Positions 58,408-64,000 of a stretch of 64,000 nt of DNA are shown here, in pieces; positions within the stretch are counted from its first letter, which is position 1; every line of letters begins with the position of its first letter. The notes below the pieces were generated by a model. The model was given only the letters and a program-made list of their open reading frames with translations, was not told the DNA's origin and did no database searches. Source of the stretch: Alistipes sp. Lineage in GTDB: Bacteria; Bacteroidota; Bacteroidia; Bacteroidales; Rikenellaceae. Position numbers and translations under genes: made by a program. The stretch is from assembly GCA_045644925.1 (NCBI GenBank), contig JAZRHV010000024.1:10472-74471 (forward strand), in the 5' to 3' direction.

Positions 58408-59127
58408 ATGCGTAAACTGATTATCATACCAACCTACAACGAGAGTGAAAACATTGAGGCAATGGTTGCCAAAGTCTTTTCGCTGGATGGCGATTTTCAT
58501 CTGCTCGTAATCGACGATGGCTCGCCCGACGGAACAGCCAACATAGTTCGTGCGTTGCAAGAGAGCAATCCCGACAGATTGTTTCTCGTTGAGCGTAGCG
58601 GAAAACTCGGCTTGGGTACAGCCTATATCGCAGGATTTAAGTGGGCTTTGGAACACGATTACGATGCCGTTTTCGAGATGGATTGCGACTTCTCGCACAA
58701 CCCCGATGATTTGTTACGTCTGACTGCGGCTATGGAGGAGGGTGCAGATGTGGTTGTCGGCTCGCGCTATGTTACGGGCGTAAATGTTGTGAATTGGCCA
58801 TTATCGCGACTGTTGATGTCGTACTTTGCGTCTAAATACGTGCGTATGATTACACGTATGCCTGTCAATGATGCAACGGCCGGATTTGTGGGCTATCGTC
58901 GTGAGGTATTGCAGACTCTCGATCTCAATAGAGTGCAGATGGTTGGTTATGGCTTCCAGATTGAGATGAAGTACTCCGCCTGGAAGTTGGGATTCAAGAT
59001 TCGCGAGGTGTCGATTATCTTCGTGGATCGCGTTTTGGGAACGTCTAAAATGTCGAGTGGAATCTTTGGCGAAGCATTCTTTGGGGTGTTGAAATTGCCG
59101 TTCCGCAGAATTAAACGCAGAGGTTAG
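58408..59127 (+). CDS. polyprenol monophosphomannose synthase (GT2)
   Basis: IPTYNE, DDGSPDGT, KLGLGTAY, MDCDFSH, GFQIEMK. Confidence 0.88.
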   Translation: MRKLIIIPTYNESENIEAMVAKVFSLDGDFHLLVIDDGSPDGTANIVRALQESNPDRLFLVERSGKLGLGTAYIAGFKWALEHDYDAVFEMDCDFSHNPDDLLRLTAAMEEGADVVVGSRYVTGVNVVNWPLSRLLMSYFASKYVRMITRMPVNDATAGFVGYRREVLQTLDLNRVQMVGYGFQIEMKYSAWKLGFKIREVSIIFVDRVLGTSKMSSGIFGEAFFGVLKLPFRRIKRRG

Positions 59128-59150
59128 AAACATATAAATTTATACCATAT

Positions 59151-60617
59151 ATGAAAACAGGTTTCGATAACGAAAAGTACCTTCGGATTCAGTCCGAGCA
59201 GATTAAGAAGCGCATCAGCCAATTTGGAGATAAGCTCTACCTCGAATTTGGCGGAAAACTCTTTGATGACAACCACGCCAGCCGTGTCTTGCCAGGATTC
59301 CTACCCGATAGCAAGTTGCGTATGCTGATGCAGCTGAGCGATTATGCGGAGATTATCACAGTAATCAGCGCAATCGACATCGAACGAAATAAGATGCGTA
59401 GCGACCTCGGTATTACTTACGACGAGGATGTGCTGCGTCTGCGTGGCGAGTTCGAGAATGCAGGGCTCTACTGCGGAGGTGTCGTTATCACTCACTACAA
59501 CGGCCAGGCGAGTGCCGATGCCTATCGTCAGCGATTGGAGCGTATGGGAATTAAGGTCTATTTCCACTACACCATTGACGGTTATCCCCACAATGTCGCA
59601 CTTATTGACTCGGAGGAGGGATTTGGCCGCAACGACTTTGTCGAGACTTCACGCCCGCTCGTTATTGTTACTGCTCCCGGCCCTGGCAGTGGTAAAATGG
59701 CGGTCTGCCTGAGCCAGCTCTACCAGGAGAATCGTCGTGGTCAGAAGGCTGGATATGCTAAGTTTGAAACCTTCCCCGTGTGGAATCTTCCGCTTAAACA
59801 CCCCGTAAATATGGCTTACGAGGCTGCTACGGCCGATTTGAACGACGTTAATATGATTGACCCGTTCCATCTCGAAGCTTACGGAAATATTGCTGTGAAC
59901 TATAACCGCGATATCGAGATTTTCCCCGTACTGAATGCAATTTTCGAGGGAATCTATGGCGAGAGTCCCTATAAGTCGCCGACCGATATGGGTGTCAATA
60001 TGATTGGTAACTGTATCTCGGACGAGGAGGTCTGCTGCAAGGCTGCGCAGGAGGAGATTATCCGCCGCTACTACTACGCGCTATGCAAACTTGCCGAGAA
60101 GGGTAGCAACGAGAACGAGGTTAATAAGATTGCGCTCATTATGAAGCAGGCGAAACTTACGACCGACTTCCGTCGCACGACCGTGGCTGCTCGCGAGAAG
60201 CAGGCGGAGAGCGGAGGTGCTTCGGCTGCTATCGAGTTGCACGACGGTACGATTATTACCTCGCGTACAAGCTCGCTGCTCGGTTCGAGTGCTGCACTGC
60301 TGCTCAATGCTACGAAGCATCTGGCAGGCATCCCGCACGATAAAAAGCTGATTGCCGAGGATCTTATCTCGCCAATTCAAAAGACCAAGGTCGAGTATCT
60401 GCACGGCCACAATCCGCGTCTGCATACTGACGAAGTATTGGTGGCATTGTCGCTGTTGAGCAATCACGATGAGGATTGTCGCAAGGCTCTCGACCAGCTG
60501 CCCAAATTGAAGGAGTGCCAGGTACACTCGACGGTAATGTTGAGCGAGGTGGACCGTAAGATATTCAACAAGTTGGGTGTAGGCCTTACGTGCGACCCCG
60601 TGACAAAGGTCGAATAG
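59151..60617 (+). CDS. DUF1846 domain protein
   Basis: YLEFGGKLFDD.HASRVLPGF, APGPGSGK, FETFP.WNLPL.HPVN, SPTDMGVNM, NPRLH.DEVL. Confidence 0.85.
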   Translation: MKTGFDNEKYLRIQSEQIKKRISQFGDKLYLEFGGKLFDDNHASRVLPGFLPDSKLRMLMQLSDYAEIITVISAIDIERNKMRSDLGITYDEDVLRLRGEFENAGLYCGGVVITHYNGQASADAYRQRLERMGIKVYFHYTIDGYPHNVALIDSEEGFGRNDFVETSRPLVIVTAPGPGSGKMAVCLSQLYQENRRGQKAGYAKFETFPVWNLPLKHPVNMAYEAATADLNDVNMIDPFHLEAYGNIAVNYNRDIEIFPVLNAIFEGIYGESPYKSPTDMGVNMIGNCISDEEVCCKAAQEEIIRRYYYALCKLAEKGSNENEVNKIALIMKQAKLTTDFRRTTVAAREKQAESGGASAAIELHDGTIITSRTSSLLGSSAALLLNATKHLAGIPHDKKLIAEDLISPIQKTKVEYLHGHNPRLHTDEVLVALSLLSNHDEDCRKALDQLPKLKECQVHSTVMLSEVDRKIFNKLGVGLTCDPVTKVE

Positions 60618-60651
60618 GGTAGCTCTACGCTTGTTAAGAGTTTTGGGGATT

Positions 60652-61578
60652 ATGGGTCAAAGTGCGAAAATAAAAGGTCTGATGTCGTTCTTGTTGGTGG
60701 CGATGCTGTCGATTGTCGGTGTCGCGCAGGCGCAGACCACCATTGAGCGACCCAATTTAAGTATTCCCTCGAAGATTGGTCCGGCTTATTTCGGACCAAA
60801 CGCCTTTCCGGTGCCCGATATGCTCGATGGTCGCACATCTTCGGATATGCGTTTGGAACTCTATGGCGACTGCTTTCTCGGCACAACTACCGGCTCGGTT
60901 GCTGATGATATCACGGCAGACGTCTTCGCCAAATTGACAATTCCGCTCTTTACGCCCAAGGCCAACCTTACGGTCTGGATGCCTATGTTTGAGTACTTCT
61001 CGACCTCTGCCGAGGTTAATGCATTGCGCCGACTGCCTAATGCAAAGGATTTGCAGGGGCTCGATTCGGGTGATGTTTATGTGTCGGCAGATATTCAGAT
61101 TCTGAATCAGGAGCGTCATCATTGCGATATGGCGGTACGTGCTGCTCTGAAAACAGCCTCGGCAAATCGCTTTGCCGAGGGTAGATGTTATGATGCTCCG
61201 GGATATTTCTTTGATGTGGCCGTGGGACGTGGCTTTGCGCTGAATGGCGGTGCAGGTGGCGCACTGCGTATGGCTGTTTCGACAGGCTTTCTCTGTTGGC
61301 AGACCGATAATGGCCGTCAGAATGATGCGGTGATGTATGGCGCGCAGTTGGCGTATGGATATAAGCGATTCGCTATTGATACAACATTTGGCGGTTATGT
61401 AGGCTGGGAGAATGATGGAGATCGCCCAATGACCCTCAAAACCAATCTCTCGTATGCTTTTGGCGATTGGTCGTTGCGCTTGTCACACCAAGTGGGCTTT
61501 ATGGATTGGCCCTACCACCAGATTCGACTTGGCGTCGCCTGGAATTTCGACATTCTCTCTAAATTAAATAAAAAGTAG
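60652..61578 (+). CDS. hypothetical outer-membrane protein
   Basis: Signal peptide ending AQA, beta-strand pattern; start uncertain (60631/60652/60682). Confidence 0.6.
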   Translation: MGQSAKIKGLMSFLLVAMLSIVGVAQAQTTIERPNLSIPSKIGPAYFGPNAFPVPDMLDGRTSSDMRLELYGDCFLGTTTGSVADDITADVFAKLTIPLFTPKANLTVWMPMFEYFSTSAEVNALRRLPNAKDLQGLDSGDVYVSADIQILNQERHHCDMAVRAALKTASANRFAEGRCYDAPGYFFDVAVGRGFALNGGAGGALRMAVSTGFLCWQTDNGRQNDAVMYGAQLAYGYKRFAIDTTFGGYVGWENDGDRPMTLKTNLSYAFGDWSLRLSHQVGFMDWPYHQIRLGVAWNFDILSKLNKK

Positions 61579-61601
61579 GGCCGTATGACCCTACTTTAAT
61601 T

Positions 61602-62426
61602 TTATCTGATATCTTTGGCCGGTGTAATCCACGGCATACGTTTCTTGATGGCTGTCAGCACCTCGACAGGGATGTCGGTGCAAGCGATGTCTGCGCCCAA
61701 GGCAACTGCAAGTTGGAAATCTTCGACGCACTTGCCGGGCCAGAGATTTACGATAAGACCCTCTTTGTGAGCTGCAACCATAGCCTTGCGAGATGTGCCT
61801 TCAACCCTGCAAGCAACTCGTTTGAATCCCAACTCTTTGAGATGTGCAATAAGGTTGTCGCTCATCGGCTCACGGGTAATCAGCGCACACTCAGCATTGG
61901 GGTAGAGACGTTTCATTGTAAGAATTGCGCGCTCGTCGAATGACGAAAAGATGTAGAGCGCACCCTTGGGTTTAGCGGCCATAACAGTCTTGTAGAGTTT
62001 GTCGCAGTAAACTTCGAGCTGCTCAGGAGTGTAGTCATTCGACTTCATCTCCCACTCCACGTAGTGTATATCTTTGTGGCTAAAAAACTCGGCTAACTTA
62101 TCTGCAAAGAGCACAGGGTTACCTTTCTTGCTGCGATACTGCTCCAAGTCGGCACGCAGGCTCTTCTCTACGACCACATCAACACCGAAAACTCGTTTAA
62201 GTGAAGAGTCGTGCGAGATTACAATATGATTATCGGCTGTCAGACGCACATCGGTTTCGTAACTGCGTACACCCTCCTTGTAGGAGCCGACGAATGCCGA
62301 AAGAACATTCTCCTCGAACTCGTAACGGCCGCCACGGTGGGCGATAAGTTCTACCTCTACGGGCTTTTGCGCCGAGGCTGTTATGGACATAATAGTAAGG
62401 ACAAAAGTGTAAAATAAGCGTTTCAT
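61602..62426 (-). CDS. glycerophosphodiester phosphodiesterase family protein
   Basis: IAHRG, EN, ETDV.LT.D, SHD, SSFD, TD.P. Confidence 0.88.
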   Translation of the reverse strand: MKRLFYTFVLTIMSITASAQKPVEVELIAHRGGRYEFEENVLSAFVGSYKEGVRSYETDVRLTADNHIVISHDSSLKRVFGVDVVVEKSLRADLEQYRSKKGNPVLFADKLAEFFSHKDIHYVEWEMKSNDYTPEQLEVYCDKLYKTVMAAKPKGALYIFSSFDERAILTMKRLYPNAECALITREPMSDNLIAHLKELGFKRVACRVEGTSRKAMVAAHKEGLIVNLWPGKCVEDFQLAVALGADIACTDIPVEVLTAIKKRMPWITPAKDIR

Positions 62427-62556
62427 GTCTTTTGATTTTAGGTTATCTTTATTACAAAGATAGTAAAAATATCCAACTTCTGCGCAGAAATTTTTAATTA
62501 GAAACTCAAGATACCACCGGTTACGTGGGTATTACTTTCGATACCCGCGAGATTTT

Positions 62557-62792
62557 TTAGGGAGAATAAGGAAATTAAGGATGTTAAGGAACACCCGCAA
62601 AAGTCAGCGGAAAAGAGTAATGGCAACGAATGGCATTTAATGGCATTCGCTCCCGCTGGTCGCTTAATGGCATATAATGAAAAAACAATTAGTTTCTCAC
62701 TCAGCCATTAAGCACTCTTCGGAGTGCGATCGCCATTAAGTGAGCGCAAGCGAACGCCTGCCATCAAGGGCTGAAAGCCCGAATGCCATCAA
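62557..62792. repeat. intergenic repeat cluster: 9-mer TTAAGG/TTAGGG units, then AATGGCA x4 facing GCCATYAA x4
   Basis: 9-mers at 62557-62592; AATGGCA at 62619, 62629, 62639, 62666; GCCATYAA at 62704, 62732, 62760, 62785. Confidence 0.8.
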
Positions 62793-63092
62793 ACCCAAAT
62801 TTTATATATCCCCACCGACTTTTGCAGGTGAGCCGTCGAACGGTCGCAGTAGGTTTGAGCAGACCGAGCAGGGAAGATGTTTGAGCGGAGGCGGCAACGA
62901 AGTTGCAAGCATTGGGCAAATAAACTAAAAGGAAATTTATTTACTTTTTGATTATATGCACAAGGCTTACTATTGCACAGCAATACGCCTACGCTACAAT
63001 AACACAACTGCGCAGATAAGTCTGCCACACCGCCACCGACTGTGCGAGTTCCCTACGCACAAAAAAAAAGACGACTTGAAAAAGTCGTCTTG

Positions 63093-63166
63093 CGGTGCGT
63101 AGGGGACTCGAACCCCTGACCCCGTGCGTGACAGGCACGTATTCTAACCAGCTGAACTAACGCACC
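63093..63166 (-). tRNA. tRNA-Asp(GUC)
   Basis: GGTGCGTTAGTTCAGCTGGTTAGAATA CGTGC-CTGTCAC-GCACG ...GGTTCGAGTCCCCTACGCACCG. Terminator at 63068-63091. Confidence 0.95.
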
Positions 63167-63244
63167 AATTGCTGATTGCGATTGCAAAGGTAGTACAATT
63201 TTCTTTACCTCCAAACTTTTTTGCAACTTTTTTTATAAAAAATA

Positions 63245-63778
63245 TCACTTTTTGAAGAAAGAAAATTGCACACTTCCGTAACTTCTTAATTGATAGAAAT
63301 TTGGATGTGACGAAAAATCCTGCTTCGCAGAGTGCTCAAAGATGAAAATTCCATCCTCGCGCAGCAAATCTTTCTCGAAAACGGCATCAACGACCTTTTC
63401 GCTGCCTTCCAAGTCGTAGGGAGCGTCCGAAAAAATCAGGTCAAACTGCTTGGTGACGCTTTTGAGATAGAGAAAAACATTCGCTTTCACGACAAACATA
63501 TTGCCAAATCCGAGCTCGCGAGCCGTCGAACGGATAAAGTTGAAGTGCACGGGATTAATCTCTACGGATGTGACACTGCGAGCTCCGCGTGATGCGAACT
63601 CATAGCTTATCGAGCCCGTACCTGCAAAGAGGTCCAGCACATCACACTCCTCGTAATCGACCATATTGGTCAATACATTAAAGAGGTTCTCCTTGGCAAA
63701 GTCCGTGGTGGGACGTGCTCGCAGATTCTTGGGTGGATTGATTGTTCGCCCCTTATATTTGCCGCTAATTATTCGCAT
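63245..63778 (-). CDS. rsmD: 16S rRNA m2G966 methyltransferase
   Basis: MRIISG, RPTTD, LDLFAGTGS, DAPY, YG.V.F. Confidence 0.9.
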   Translation of the reverse strand: MRIISGKYKGRTINPPKNLRARPTTDFAKENLFNVLTNMVDYEECDVLDLFAGTGSISYEFASRGARSVTSVEINPVHFNFIRSTARELGFGNMFVVKANVFLYLKSVTKQFDLIFSDAPYDLEGSEKVVDAVFEKDLLREDGIFIFEHSAKQDFSSHPNFYQLRSYGSVQFSFFKK

Positions 63779-64000
63779 TTTACTACTTTGTAATATTGTT
63801 TCAGGAGATTTCGCAGTGAGTTGGTGTCGGTGCCGGCTACGTGAATCGAAAAATCCTCCGACGGGAACTCGCTGACCAGTCGCTCAACGAAATATAGAAC
63901 ATCATCAGCCGACGGCATAGATATAGCTTCGCAGAACTCAACCTTCTCGCCATTGTAGAGTTTGAAGTATACGACGCTGCCTGCATTATATATATATAGG
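63769..64000 (-). CDS. DUF3822-like protein, 5'-partial
   Basis: Own translation: ...SADDVLYFVERL...LRNLLKQYYKVVKCE*. The stop overlaps the rsmD start, the usual Bacteroidetes arrangement as I recall it. Confidence 0.6.
   Translation of the reverse strand, partial: LYIYNAGSVVYFKLYNGEKVEFCEAISMPSADDVLYFVERLVSEFPSEDFSIHVAGTDTNSLRNLLKQYYKVVKCE

Noticed and set aside
1-64000. DGR template repeat or reverse transcriptase inside the window
   Set aside because: By eye I found no RT-like ORF and no non-coding AAC-rich copy of the VR on either strand. CTACAATAA near 62995 matches only 9 nt and lacks the flanking VR sequence.

Overview
Bacterial chromosomal window, almost certainly Bacteroidales and probably Rikenellaceae/Alistipes-like. 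The evidence is TAnnTTTG -7 promoter boxes, lipobox proteins and Bacteroidetes-type gene families. Most of it is housekeeping: OadB-type decarboxylase beta subunit, carboxy(nor)spermidine genes, manA, panB, glnS, mdh, guaB/guaA, plsY, miaB, ychF, gltX, galM, pepD, phoH, der, rsmI, envelope glycosyltransferases, rsmD and 5 tRNAs. Accessory items stand out. (1) A PEGA-domain surface protein ends in two tandem DUF1566/CLec-like domains whose ends differ in the codon pattern expected of diversity-generating-retroelement (DGR) variable regions; no reverse transcriptase or template repeat is in the window. (2) A radical SAM/SPASM enzyme is paired with a 76-aa lipopeptide carrying an MYG motif (splicease-like). 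(3) A cobalamin riboswitch heads two surface lipoproteins with no transporter in the locus. (4) The first gene of a type V fimbria-like operon is frameshifted at a G7 tract. (5) A 3.35-kb AT-rich, integrase-free restriction-modification islet sits between 17-bp tRNA-Lys att repeats. (6) Several intergenic repeat families occur: TTAGGGAAW palindromic arrays, an 84-bp tandem unit and duplicated tRNA 3' ends. No CRISPR array was found. Family names are recognised from motifs and memory, not from database searches.
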